Notes under the pieces: generated by a model
Told to the model about the DNA's origin: nothing
The model's input: the letters and a program-made list of their open reading frames with translations, nothing else
Database searches by the model: none
IMG/VR virus record: IMGVR_UViG_3300006167_000001
Source of the DNA: a virus
Lineage: Duplodnaviria > Heunggongvirae > Uroviricota > Caudoviricetes
Strand: one strand, 5' to 3'
Length of the DNA: 64,000 bases
Position numbers and translations under genes: made by a program
Shown: in pieces, positions 48,329-58,510 of the stretch
Layout of the letters: each line of letters opens with the position of its first letter
Position numbering within the stretch: position 1 is the first letter of the stretch

Positions 48329-48639
48329 GAGCGGCGGTCATGGAGTACCATGAACAGTTCGTTGAGTTCGATCAATACTGCAAAACCTGCCAGCATGAAA
48401 AGCTTGCCGAATCGGACTCGCCCTGTGATGAGTGCCTGGAGCACCCGGTAAACTGGGAAACCAACAAGCCGTATTGCTACAAACCAATTTCTTAGGAAAG
48501 AAGAGTTGACCTATGCTGGAGAAATCCGAAATCATGGTGTCGTGCGAGGACCCCAATACCACCTATCTCTGCTACCGCGACATGCGCTTCATCTTCCGGG
48601 ATGGCGAGTACGCCGGCTGGTATCGGCCGTAAATCAGCA

Positions 48640-48682
48640 AAAAAAAAGAGAGCCTGTAAAGATGCAGACTCTCTTTGGTCCT
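48640..48682. terminator. bidirectional terminator between convergent genes
   Basis: A-run, then the agagagcctg...cagactctct hairpin, then T-run. Confidence 0.5.
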
Positions 48683-48712
48683 TTATGAGGCCACTGTGTC
48701 GAAACGTTAAGT

Positions 48713-48925
48713 TCAATTTGGCTGGTGACTGACTGAAGCCGAGGATACGCTTTTCAAATGGAATTCACCATAAGACAGGTCTGTATCCCGGTTATATTTT
48801 GCATTGGCGTAAACAGTTACGCAATAACACATCCCGATCACGAGAATCGCGGTGACGGCAATCATGGGATTCCCGAGGTCAAGGGTTGATTGTTGGGTAA
48901 CAGGAACTGCTGAGGCATTAGTCAT
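48713..48925 (-). CDS. small membrane protein (only internal minus-strand gene)
   Basis: RBS TAAGGAGG 8 nt before the ATG on the minus strand. TM MIAVTAILVIGMCYCVTVYA. Confidence 0.5.
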   Translation of the reverse strand: MTNASAVPVTQQSTLDLGNPMIAVTAILVIGMCYCVTVYANAKYNRDTDLSYGEFHLKSVSSASVSHQPN

Positions 48926-49013
48926 GGTCGAAAACCTCCTTATCAGGCTTCGACACAATGGCCTCATTTATATTACCATGAACCTTTTGAATTTGCAAGA
49001 GAGGAGTTGCTTT

Positions 49014-49337
49014 ATGACTGAAAAAGTTATGCGGCACAAGGAACTCTGTGACGGGCTGAACACCTTGTACGCTCGCAAGAACCACGACTACGGCGACAGC
49101 TTCCACCAGACATTTGTCGAGGAGGGGTTGGCTATGGCCCGCATCCGGCTGGGGGACAAGTTCTCCCGCTTTAAGACCCTGTCCCGTATCTCCCCCACCG
49201 ACAGCGCTCAGCAGCAGGTTACTGATGAGTCCATCCGGGACACGCTCCTCGACCTCGCCAACTATGCCATTATGACCGTTCTGGAGCTGGATCAGGCGGA
49301 GGCCGAGCGGGCTGATCCTTACAGCGGGGAGGATTAA
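49014..49337 (+). CDS. DUF1599/Nmad-like protein
   Basis: KNHDYGDSF...LLDLANYAIMTVLEL pattern. Confidence 0.4.
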   Translation: MTEKVMRHKELCDGLNTLYARKNHDYGDSFHQTFVEEGLAMARIRLGDKFSRFKTLSRISPTDSAQQQVTDESIRDTLLDLANYAIMTVLELDQAEAERADPYSGED

Positions 49338-49338
49338 A

Positions 49339-49983
49339 ATGGCGGATATTCGTCTTATCACAAAAGATACAGTCTTGCCTCCTCTGAGGCATATGGACTG
49401 GGATGTAGTTATAAACGGCGTACCTCACTATGTCGTAATGATTGACGGATATGTCCACACCATCGGCGGCAGGTATGGAGAAAACAACCTGTGGGCTTAT
49501 CCCAGAGACAAAGCTCCCACTTATGAGACCCTTATCGAGTTTAACTGCGATAATCCCGTAGCCTGGGGTATCAGCTACGAACCCAAAAACTACACTAAAA
49601 CAAAATGGGACGAGGAATCGGCCAGAAGTGGTGGTGGCGTTGCCATTACTCGTAACGGCGAGATATTCTGCCATGTCACAGGCGGCCTAAACTACGGCAT
49701 TGATAAAGCTCGGGCTATGATAGTCGAGTTCGGCGAGCATCCGCTTGAACTGAATGCTATCAATTTTGACAAGAAGGCGATAGGCCGTAAAGTATGGTGG
49801 CGAAGTGAGCCTGCTATCATTACGAATTATATTTCCAAACAGGCCTGTGTCATTCTTGAACCGGATGGTATCGACCACTTCACTGTCCCCGCCGAGTTTG
49901 CTCAAGAGGAGCCTGACTACTACGAAGATGGAAATGTGAAGGCCGACATTCTGGACCGCAATATTTGGTGGTTCAGAGATTAA
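49339..49983 (+). CDS. hypothetical protein
   Basis: 214 aa. Confidence 0.5.
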   Translation: MADIRLITKDTVLPPLRHMDWDVVINGVPHYVVMIDGYVHTIGGRYGENNLWAYPRDKAPTYETLIEFNCDNPVAWGISYEPKNYTKTKWDEESARSGGGVAITRNGEIFCHVTGGLNYGIDKARAMIVEFGEHPLELNAINFDKKAIGRKVWWRSEPAIITNYISKQACVILEPDGIDHFTVPAEFAQEEPDYYEDGNVKADILDRNIWWFRD

Positions 49984-50560
49984 AGGAGGATAAGTAAAAT
50001 GTTAGCTAAACTTCAGGAGCGCTGGTACTTCCTTCTCGTTCTGATGGACGCGGCTGGTATGGCTTGGGCTCGAACGAAACAGACGCTCCGCGACCTGCTG
50101 GATATTCTCGTCGCGCTGGTCGGGCTCTTATTCGACGCTGAAACGCTGAGGAACAAGATCTGCGCTCTCCTGCTTATCGCCTCTACGCTACCGGTTATGT
50201 TACTGGAGGGTGACGCTACAGCCACGGTTTTCATGGCGATGATTGCCGTTCCGACCTTCTTCGCCAAAGAAAACTGGATTTATCAGAAAGAAAGGCGCGG
50301 CTGTGGCTCGTATACACTCTAAAGGAGACGTTCAATGGCTCGTCCCTAACAGAAAAACTCCAATTGCTTACAGCACAAAGGCTGCGAGCGATTTGATAGT
50401 ACTTCTGGCCGAAGAAGGAGGTACAATCATAGAGGTTCAAAATAAGATCACTTATGATGCTGAAGCAAAAGCCGTACTGCAAGCTTATATTGATCGAGGC
50501 TATGGAGATGTTGAAGCGCGTAAGTGGTTCAAATATTGATATTTAAGAAAGGACTTATGT

Positions 50561-50887
50561 ATGAAAGACACCATCAGAAACATTCTCCTTGCGTTGCTCG
50601 CTGTCATCATTGTGTCGGGCGGGACCTATACCGCTATCCAGTGGGACGCCATCGTCGGAAAATGGGAAATGGAGGCGGAGCGGGAGGTCTTCAAGCAGAC
50701 AACCACCTACTCCGAGGCTGCTGCGTCCTTCCTCGCCGACAGCTACAAGCAGTATAACGACGCGGAAACCGAGGCCAACAAGAACACCATTATGGAGTAC
50801 GTCATCATGCGGTATCCCAACCTCGATACCAACTCCATCGACAACGACACCCTTCGCCGGTTCTATAACCAGTGCCTCAATCATTAA
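50561..50887 (+). CDS. membrane-anchored protein
   Basis: TM ILLALLAVIIVSGGTY. Confidence 0.45.
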   Translation: MKDTIRNILLALLAVIIVSGGTYTAIQWDAIVGKWEMEAEREVFKQTTTYSEAAASFLADSYKQYNDAETEANKNTIMEYVIMRYPNLDTNSIDNDTLRRFYNQCLNH

Positions 50888-50909
50888 AAAAAATACGGAG
50901 GAAACGAAA

Positions 50910-51440
50910 ATGAAGAAAGTTACGAAAATCGCCGCCCTGCTCCTGTGCGCCGTCATGATGACCTGCCTGATGGCGGGGTGTGATGAAACCACGCGGATGA
51001 AAGAGGAGAATTATACCGAAAACACCAAGACGCAGATACTGGATATGTATGGGCTCCCGGAGGTGTCTAATTTCTTTGAGTATTCCCAGCTCAAGGAAAT
51101 TTATGAACTCCGGGATAATCCCAACTTGATCTGCTACTGGTACACAAAGAATGATATGTCCGGCAAGTGGGTCTACCAAGGTACTTGTGTGGGATATGGT
51201 ATCCCCTATGGGGCGAGTATCACAAACCCTGAGCAGCGTGTATATAGCGGTCTTGCGCTGCCTCTTGCGGAACCGAACGGGCTGTACACAAACGGTCTTT
51301 CCACTTCCGCGACCTGGATTCTGACTACGGACGCCAAGGGAAACATTATGCCTACTTACGTCGAAAGCGAAATCACCATCAGCCAGTCCAAGATGGATGC
51401 CCGGCTCTGCGAGGACTGGTCGATTCCGTCCGACTATTAA
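50910..51440 (+). CDS. lipoprotein
   Basis: Signal plus lipobox LMAGCDET. Confidence 0.55.
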   Translation: MKKVTKIAALLLCAVMMTCLMAGCDETTRMKEENYTENTKTQILDMYGLPEVSNFFEYSQLKEIYELRDNPNLICYWYTKNDMSGKWVYQGTCVGYGIPYGASITNPEQRVYSGLALPLAEPNGLYTNGLSTSATWILTTDAKGNIMPTYVESEITISQSKMDARLCEDWSIPSDY

Positions 51441-51538
51441 CACATACAGAAGCTTACTGGTGGCGGTGTTCCTACACAGGGATGCCGCCGCTCTTGTTTT
51501 TATTCCAAAATTATATTTTTCCAAAGGGGTATTGCCAC

Positions 51539-53737
51539 ATGACCATCATCAAACGAAACGGCACTGAGGTTGTCTTCGAGTCCGAAAAAATCGCTAATGC
51601 GGTTACGAAGGCGAACAACAGTGTCTCTGAATCCTGCCGCATGACGGCTGCGCAGATTCAGGAAATCACGGAGGCCGTCACCAAAACCTGCGAGGCTATG
51701 AGCCACGCTCCGTCGGTGGAGGAGATTCAGGATCTTGTCGAGCGTCAGATTATGGAGCACGGCGCATTCGATGTGGCGAAGAGCTACATCACCTACCGCT
51801 ACACACGCTCCTTGGTCCGCCGCTCCAATACGACTGATGAGAAGATTCTCAGTCTCATCGAGTGTTGTAATGAGGAAGTAAAGCAAGAAAACTCCAACAA
51901 GAACCCTGTGGTGAACTCGACCCAACGAGACTACATGGCCGGTGAGGTTTCTCGGGACATCACAGAGCGTCTGCTTCTTCCTGCCGATATTGTTGACGCT
52001 CATAAGGAGGGCATCATCCACTTCCACGATTCTGACTACTTCGCTCAGCATATGCATAACTGCGATCTGGTCAATCTGGAAGACATGCTCCAAAACGGGA
52101 CCGTCATCAGCGGCACTCTGATTGAGCGTCCCCACCGGTTCTCTACAGCTTGCAACATCGCGACCCAGATCATTGCTCAGGTGGCGTCCAATCAGTATGG
52201 TGGTCAGTCTATCTCTCTGACTCACTTGGCGCCCTTCGTTGATGTCAGCCGGAAAGAGATTCGCAAAAAACTGGAGCGGGATCTGAGCGACATTGGCTTG
52301 AATGTTGGTCAGGAGCAGATTGATATTTTGGTGGAGAAGCAGCTCCGTGACGAAATCCGGAGTGGTGTGCAGACTATCCAGTACCAGATTCTCACTCTGC
52401 TGACGACCAACGGCCAGACGCCTTTCGTGACCGTCTATATGTATCTAAATGAGGCCCGCTCCGAGCAGGAGAAAAAAGACCTCGCTGTCATCATCCAAGA
52501 AACTTTGGAGCAGCGATATGAGGGCGTGAAGAATGAGTCCGGTGTTTGGGTGACTCCTTCTTTCCCAAAACTCATCTATGTGCTGGAGGAGGACAATATC
52601 CGTGAGGGTACACCTTACTGGTACCTGACCAAACTGGCAGCGAAGTGTACCGCCCGGAGATTGGTGCCGGATTATATTTCTGAGAAGAAGATGCTGGAAC
52701 TGAAGGGTGACGTCTACACCTGTATGGGCTGCCGCTCTTTCCTTACACCGGACAGATTCACCGATGCAGGTGTCGGAAACATTGCCAATGCGAAAAACTA
52801 TGTCCCCGGCCAGCACAAATACTACGGACGGTTCAACCAGGGCGTAGTCACCCTGAATCTGCCGGACGTCGCTTTGTCTTCCGGCGGCGATAAGGACAAG
52901 TTCTGGGATATTCTCGACGAGCGGCTGGAACTGTGTCATCGAGCGCTGCTGTGCCGGCACGAACGCCTGAAAGGAACTATTTCGGATGTCTCTCCGATCC
53001 TATGGCAGTACGGTGCTCTGGCCCGGCTGGAGAAAGGCGAGGTCATTGACCGGCTGCTGTTCGATGGATATTCCACCATCTCCCTCGGCTTCGCCGGCCT
53101 TTACGAGTGTGTGAAGTACATGACCGGAAAGAGCCACACTGATTCGGAGGCCAAACCCTTCGCCATTTCTGTCATGCAGCGGCTCAACGATGCCTGCAAG
53201 ACTTGGAAGGCTAAGAGCAACGTCGATTTCAGCTTATACGGTACTCCGCTGGAATCCACCACCTACAAGTTCGCCAAGGCCCTTCAGCGGAGGTTCGGTA
53301 TCATCCCCGGTGTCACAGACAAGAATTATATTACCAACAGCTACCACGTCCATGTGACGGAGGAGATCAACGCTTTTGAGAAGCTGCGGTTTGAATCCGA
53401 GTTCCAGGCCTTGTCTCCCGGTGGGGCCATCAGCTACGTTGAGGTCCCCAATATGCAGAACAACCTGGAAGCGGTGCTGCGGGTGATCCAGTTTATCTAC
53501 GACAACATCATCTATGCCGAGCTGAACACCAAGAGCGATTACTGCCAGTGCTGCGGCTGGGACGGAGAGATCGAGATCGTGGAGAAAGACGGAAAGCTCA
53601 TGTGGCGCTGCCCTCAATGCGGCAACATGGATCAGACAAAAATGAATGTGGCCCGGCGCACCTGCGGCTACATTGGTAGCCAGTTCTGGAACCAGGGACG
53701 GACGCAGGAGATTCGGGATCGCGTGCTGCATCTGTAA
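51539..53737 (+). CDS. nrdD: anaerobic ribonucleoside-triphosphate reductase (class III RNR)
   Basis: ATP-cone N-terminus (IIKRNGTEVVFESEKIANAV). Zn site CQCCGW...CPQCG. Glycyl-radical motif RRTCGYIGS at the C-terminus. Confidence 0.9.
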   Translation: MTIIKRNGTEVVFESEKIANAVTKANNSVSESCRMTAAQIQEITEAVTKTCEAMSHAPSVEEIQDLVERQIMEHGAFDVAKSYITYRYTRSLVRRSNTTDEKILSLIECCNEEVKQENSNKNPVVNSTQRDYMAGEVSRDITERLLLPADIVDAHKEGIIHFHDSDYFAQHMHNCDLVNLEDMLQNGTVISGTLIERPHRFSTACNIATQIIAQVASNQYGGQSISLTHLAPFVDVSRKEIRKKLERDLSDIGLNVGQEQIDILVEKQLRDEIRSGVQTIQYQILTLLTTNGQTPFVTVYMYLNEARSEQEKKDLAVIIQETLEQRYEGVKNESGVWVTPSFPKLIYVLEEDNIREGTPYWYLTKLAAKCTARRLVPDYISEKKMLELKGDVYTCMGCRSFLTPDRFTDAGVGNIANAKNYVPGQHKYYGRFNQGVVTLNLPDVALSSGGDKDKFWDILDERLELCHRALLCRHERLKGTISDVSPILWQYGALARLEKGEVIDRLLFDGYSTISLGFAGLYECVKYMTGKSHTDSEAKPFAISVMQRLNDACKTWKAKSNVDFSLYGTPLESTTYKFAKALQRRFGIIPGVTDKNYITNSYHVHVTEEINAFEKLRFESEFQALSPGGAISYVEVPNMQNNLEAVLRVIQFIYDNIIYAELNTKSDYCQCCGWDGEIEIVEKDGKLMWRCPQCGNMDQTKMNVARRTCGYIGSQFWNQGRTQEIRDRVLHL

Positions 53738-53864
53738 AGGAGGAACAAAATGGACTGGAAAGATTTTGCGGTCTTGTTTCTGAGACTTGCAACTATCGGA
53801 TTACTTTCGATGGCTGTCCTTTTGGGCTTTGCTATCGGAAAGATATTTTAAGGAGGGTTAAGCG

Positions 53865-54548
53865 ATGGATGACCCAAGAAAACGTCACTGCCATGTATGT
53901 GGGAAACCGCTTACCTGTGACTGCTACTATGCGGACTATGGCCTTGTCAAGTTGGACGGCTGCGGTCACACCTACATCGAGTTCGACGCCTGCCCGGACT
54001 GCTTGAACAAAGTCCTCGTAGCTATGAAGCAGGCTCTTATATTTGATAAGGAGGAAAAACCTATGCCGAACCAATTCACTGAAATCGAGCGGAAATTCCT
54101 AATCGGCTCTTTCCCGACCGATCTTCCTCTCAAAGAGGAGTTCCAGGTCTACCAGGCGTATCTTTCCATCGACCCGGAAGTCAGAATCCGCCGTAATGAG
54201 AAAGACGGCAAGGACACGGCCTACTACCTGGCCATCAAGTCCAGCGGCGAGATGGTTCGCAAAGAGATCGAGATCCCCATCTCCAAAGAGCACTTCTACG
54301 CTCTGGCCGAAATGGTGACTCAGCCTTTCATCACAAAGGACTTCCGCATCTATCAGCTTCCGAACGATTTGCTGCTGGAGTGTTCCCATGTCGACAAGGG
54401 CTGCGACACCGAGTTCATGTACGCAGAGATTGAGTTCCCGAGCGTGCAGGATGCTGAGAATTTCCAGCCTCTTCCCAACTTTACGGCGGATGTCACCAAT
54501 GACTCCTCGTACAAGATGAAGAACTTCTGGAAAGCGACTCGGCTGTAA
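53865..54548 (+). CDS. CYTH-domain (triphosphate tunnel metalloenzyme) protein with N-terminal zinc ribbon
   Basis: HVCGK...CPDC ribbon. CYTH core EIERKFLIG...IRRNEKDGKDTAYYLAIKSSGEMVRKEIEIPI...EFMYAEIEF. Confidence 0.6.
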   Translation: MDDPRKRHCHVCGKPLTCDCYYADYGLVKLDGCGHTYIEFDACPDCLNKVLVAMKQALIFDKEEKPMPNQFTEIERKFLIGSFPTDLPLKEEFQVYQAYLSIDPEVRIRRNEKDGKDTAYYLAIKSSGEMVRKEIEIPISKEHFYALAEMVTQPFITKDFRIYQLPNDLLLECSHVDKGCDTEFMYAEIEFPSVQDAENFQPLPNFTADVTNDSSYKMKNFWKATRL

Positions 54549-54565
54549 GATATTTGGGGGATGCG

Positions 54566-55096
54566 ATGAACTACTCACTCATTCGGAAATGCGACATCGC
54601 TAACGGCCCGGGTGTCAGGATTTCCCTGTTCGTCTCGGGCTGTACCCATCACTGCCCTGGTTGCTTTCAGCCGGAAACATGGGACTTCAACTATGGTGAA
54701 AGGTTTACCAAACAGACTCAGGAAAAAATTCTGGAGTTGCTGAAGCCTGATTATATTTCTGGGTTGACTATCCTTGGCGGAGAACCTATGGAATCTAAGA
54801 ACATTCTCGGTGTGTGTGAGCTGATTTCGCAGGTGAAGCGCTTTTACCCAGACAAAACAGTTTGGTTGTATAGCGGATACACATTTGAGCAATTAAGCCG
54901 CCCAACAAGCTCCGTGACAACAAACATCATCAGATACAACATTATGCGCAGGCTGGATATTCTGGTAGATGGCCCATTCATCGAGGAGAAAAAAGACCTG
55001 CGGCTGAAGTTCTGTGGTTCCTCTAACCAGCGCCTCATCGACCTTAGAAAAACGGAGGCAGCGGGAGAGATTGTCCTCTGGAAAGGAGAAGAGTGA
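54566..55096 (+). CDS. nrdG: anaerobic RNR activating protein (radical SAM)
   Basis: CTHHCPGC cysteine triad. Typical ~170-aa size. Confidence 0.85.
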   Translation: MNYSLIRKCDIANGPGVRISLFVSGCTHHCPGCFQPETWDFNYGERFTKQTQEKILELLKPDYISGLTILGGEPMESKNILGVCELISQVKRFYPDKTVWLYSGYTFEQLSRPTSSVTTNIIRYNIMRRLDILVDGPFIEEKKDLRLKFCGSSNQRLIDLRKTEAAGEIVLWKGEE

Positions 55097-56248
55097 TGCC
55101 TTACGAAATGCCTTGTTTCATGAAGAACGCAGCTCCGGACGAACCTGAGCGTTCCAAAGGATACACACTCATTATCCATTCTGGACTGGACAAATTCGGA
55201 AAACTGGTTCGAGACATCCGCATTACTCGAAGCCTTTTACTCTACGGCATGGCAAAGACGCTGGATATTTCGCCGGCTGAGTTATCGGCTATCGAGTGCG
55301 GGAAAAAGCCGGTTCCGGGCTGGTTCATTCCTGCGCTCGAAAAGCACTATGGCATCGGCGAGACTTGTGCTCACACATTACGTTTCCTGGCTAAGAATCG
55401 AGGTGATTGATATTTGTCCGGGAGAGATAGAAAGAACTCGGAAGGCTATTCCGACCCAACGGCTTACGCCGCCATGAGGAATATCAACCGAGATGAAAAT
55501 CGTTACAACAAACTGCGTAGAGTCATTCTGAACATCTGTGAGATGGCGGGCTTCGAGATTCGGGGCCCGCTTGTTCTTATTGACAAGAAAACGGGAAAGG
55601 TTTGGAGGCGATAAGCGTGGACATTCTCAGCAAGCTCATTATATTCCTGATCCGGATGAAACTGCATCTGAGAAAGGGTGAGCAGTTCCAGTTCAACAAT
55701 CAGAAAACCAATGCGGTCTACTGGTTCACGGAAGGGACACTTATGAAGATGGAGCATGGACTTCGCTACGAATCCAGCGTCAGCTTAAATTGGCTTTTCG
55801 ATAAGGACTGCAAAATTAGGACTCCTCACGTAATTAGGATTGCTGACGGTTTTCGGAGGTAGATATGAACCAAAACGAAAATTACAACGAGGTCATTGTA
55901 GGGATATGCCACGATGCTGCTCTCTTAGCTGAAATATGGGGAGCATTTCAGAAGCTCTTTGGAAACTATGTGGAAGAAGCGATTGCGGCGCTTACCCCGG
56001 TTGCCGAGGCTTTAGCTGGTCCGATCCTCTTTGGTATTGAAGCCCCGAGCTTGTCCGAAGAAGAGATAAACCGTATTATCCGAACGGTCGATGATGGACG
56101 AGAACAGGACGCCGCGTCGAAAAAGCGTGTCATAAAGCCGCTCAGATGCCCTCTGAAAGCCAGCAGTCACTACAATTATATTCCCAGAACACCCCGTAAC
56201 CTGCCTTATCAGAGGCGGACATTTTAACAAAAAAAAGGAGTAAAAATC

Positions 56249-57190
56249 ATGATTATTCTGTTTATCATTCTCGCTATTATCGCCATCGTTGGTATGGCTG
56301 TCACCTCTGCTTTCCGCAAGGGCCTCGACAAAGAAGATTATGACTACAACCACAAACGGGTTATGCTCGGTCTTGTCCGCGGTGCTATCGTTGCCGTCTG
56401 TGCCGGTATTGCCGTACTCGCTACGTTGATTGGCGGAGTCAAGATTATGGACCAAACCGAGGTCGGCATTGTCAAAACCTTTGGCAAGGTTGACCATACA
56501 ATCTCCGGAGGTTTGAACTTTGTAAACCCAATTTCCGATACAGTCGAAGTTATGGATCTGTGTGTCCACGTCCGTGAGGCCTCCTTCGCCAGCTATACCA
56601 AAGATGCTCAGCCCTTAACCGCCGCAATCGAGTACCAGTATGAGCCCATTGCCGCCCAGGCCATGAACATCGTTTCTCAATACGGTTCCTATGAAATTCT
56701 GGAGCAGAAACTTCAGGCCGCTGTTGAGGAGCGTGCAAAAATCGTCTTCGCCCGGTACGGTGCTATGACCCTTCTGGAGAATCGTGCTACTCTTTCCGCT
56801 CAGGTGCAGGAAGAGGTAAAGGAACTTGAAGCCCTGTTTCCGGTGAACTTCACTCAGGTAGTCGTTAAAGATATTGACTTCTCCGATGCTTTCGAGCAGG
56901 CTGTTGAGGCAAAGATGCAGGCAGAACAGAATGCGCTTCGGGCTGAAAACGAAAAGCAGGAGGCTATTACAAGAGCGGAGCAGGAGCGAGAAGTCGCCCG
57001 CGTCGAGGCGGAAGCTGCTGTTCTGGCCGCTGAAGGTGAAGCTCGTGCGCTGGAAATCATCCGTGAGTCTCTTGAAAATATGCCCGATACTTGGATTGCT
57101 CAGCAGTATCTGGAAAAGTGGGACGGCAAGTTGCCTCAGTTCATCACTGGCGACGGCTCCGGTGTAATGCTGACACCTGATTTAGAGTGA
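56249..57190 (+). CDS. SPFH/band-7 (prohibitin/HflC-like) membrane protein
   Basis: N-terminal TMs, then the TEVGIVKTFGKV band-7 core, then a long EAKMQAEQ...RAEQEREVARVEAEA coiled coil. Confidence 0.7.
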   Translation: MIILFIILAIIAIVGMAVTSAFRKGLDKEDYDYNHKRVMLGLVRGAIVAVCAGIAVLATLIGGVKIMDQTEVGIVKTFGKVDHTISGGLNFVNPISDTVEVMDLCVHVREASFASYTKDAQPLTAAIEYQYEPIAAQAMNIVSQYGSYEILEQKLQAAVEERAKIVFARYGAMTLLENRATLSAQVQEEVKELEALFPVNFTQVVVKDIDFSDAFEQAVEAKMQAEQNALRAENEKQEAITRAEQEREVARVEAEAAVLAAEGEARALEIIRESLENMPDTWIAQQYLEKWDGKLPQFITGDGSGVMLTPDLE

Positions 57191-57224
57191 TCGGTATGAA
57201 ACTTCCGAGTAAGGAGAATGTTGT

Positions 57225-57461
57225 ATGAGCTTATCACGATTAGCCACCAGGTGCCGAACTTGTCCGTTCGTAGACACCTGCGACCATAAAGAGATGGAAG
57301 CCTACGGGGTTCTACCTCTTTCGACACAGCAAGAGATTATTATATTCTCAGAACCCAGCGGGGAAGACCTGATACGAGCGGCCAAGGAAGTCAATACGGA
57401 CATGCTCATCAAAGAGATTGCCCGTGTATTCCAGGTGCCTGAACGACTGCTCAGGAGGTGA
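57225..57461 (+). CDS. hypothetical protein
   Basis: 78 aa. RBS AAGGAGAATG. Confidence 0.4.
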   Translation: MSLSRLATRCRTCPFVDTCDHKEMEAYGVLPLSTQQEIIIFSEPSGEDLIRAAKEVNTDMLIKEIARVFQVPERLLRR

Positions 57462-57479
57462 GTAAAATGCGGAATCTGA

Positions 57480-57900
57480 AGTAAGCAGTGGTGGCGATTT
57501 TGGCCCGGATCTGTCTAACTTAGGATAGAAATTCTTCTAAGCTAAGATAGAATTCGGGCCAGGATCTGCTACTATCTTTTGTAGTTGCAGGTCAAAATTT
57601 GGCCAGTTTTCTGCCCACTTGCCCACTTTTGTTTTTGAATTGGTCAGTTTTTTGAAGGCTGGAAAGGCCTTGTACGGACGTTTTGGCCAAAAAAGTGGGT
57701 TTTTGCCCATTTATTTTTCAAAAGTGGGCAGGCGGAAACCGTTGCGGCACAAAGATTTGCGGGTTTTCTGCCCACTTTCCCACTTTTTCTTTACACTTAA
57801 ATGCGAAAAAAAAATAAAGAAAAAATATATAAAGTGGAAAATAAAAGTGGGCTTTTGGCCAAGGTCAAACCATAACATAAAATTTGCGTTTAGAATCGTC
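57480..57900. repeat. iteron cluster + AT-rich tract (putative replication origin / multi-operator region)
   Basis: Eight or more copies of AAGTGGGC/GCCCACTT in both orientations. Four copies of TTTTGGCC. Direct repeat GGCC(C/A)GGATCTG x2. TAGGATAGAA/TAAGATAGAA. ~60-nt A-rich stretch. Confidence 0.6.
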
Positions 57901-57921
57901 ATAGAAAGGAGACGAACGACT

Positions 57922-58203
57922 TTGAACGAACAATTTGCAATCGGTTCTGTTCCCGTGTCTATAGCAGCCAAAGTGTATGGAAGAGATGCATCTTGGGTTA
58001 GGGCCGGTATCGTATCTGGTTGGCTACCTATCGGAAAAGCTACCAGAGATGGAAAGCTTGTAACCACCATTGAAGAGATGGACTCGAAATACGGACGTAT
58101 CAATTATTATATTTCTCCCAAGCGACTCTACGAGGAAACCGGCTATGTGTGGAAGGGAGAGAAAACAGTAACTGAACTTGAACACAGTAGCGCTCCAGCA
58201 TAA
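57922..58203 (+). CDS. excisionase/AlpA-like HTH protein (paralog of 6650..6901)
   Basis: TTG start after AGGAGACG. VSIAAKVYGRDASWVRAGIVSGWLPIGKATRDGK. Confidence 0.55.
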   Translation: MNEQFAIGSVPVSIAAKVYGRDASWVRAGIVSGWLPIGKATRDGKLVTTIEEMDSKYGRINYYISPKRLYEETGYVWKGEKTVTELEHSSAPA

Positions 58204-58510
58204 AACTGGGGTGTATTTTTATGCCAAAAGTCGGCCATGAGTTTGAGTCTCAGCAAATTTTTTAGGCTACGTGATGACATTCCATCTTTCCTTTCTCCTG
58301 AACATGTGATATACTGACCTTGCCACACAACTTTATACTTTTTGATGGCTACGAGGAAATACCTTAGCAAAAGGTGTTCCCTCTCTTTCCTCATACATAT
58401 CGTAGCTATCGAGGGTTGTGTGGCAGCAATGGAGAGAAACACTTTTGCAGGTGCGTCTCTTCATTGGGGCGCACCTTTTTTTATTTTGTCCGGATTTTGG
58501 AGGGAAGTTT

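Noticed and set aside
50336-50539. ORF 50243..50539 as a gene
   Set aside because: The only ATG with an RBS gives MARP*. The long frame lacks a convincing start. Left unannotated.
57480-57900. CRISPR array
   Set aside because: Repeats are short (8-10 nt), irregularly spaced, in both orientations and AT-rich interspersed. No cas genes. Iteron interpretation preferred.
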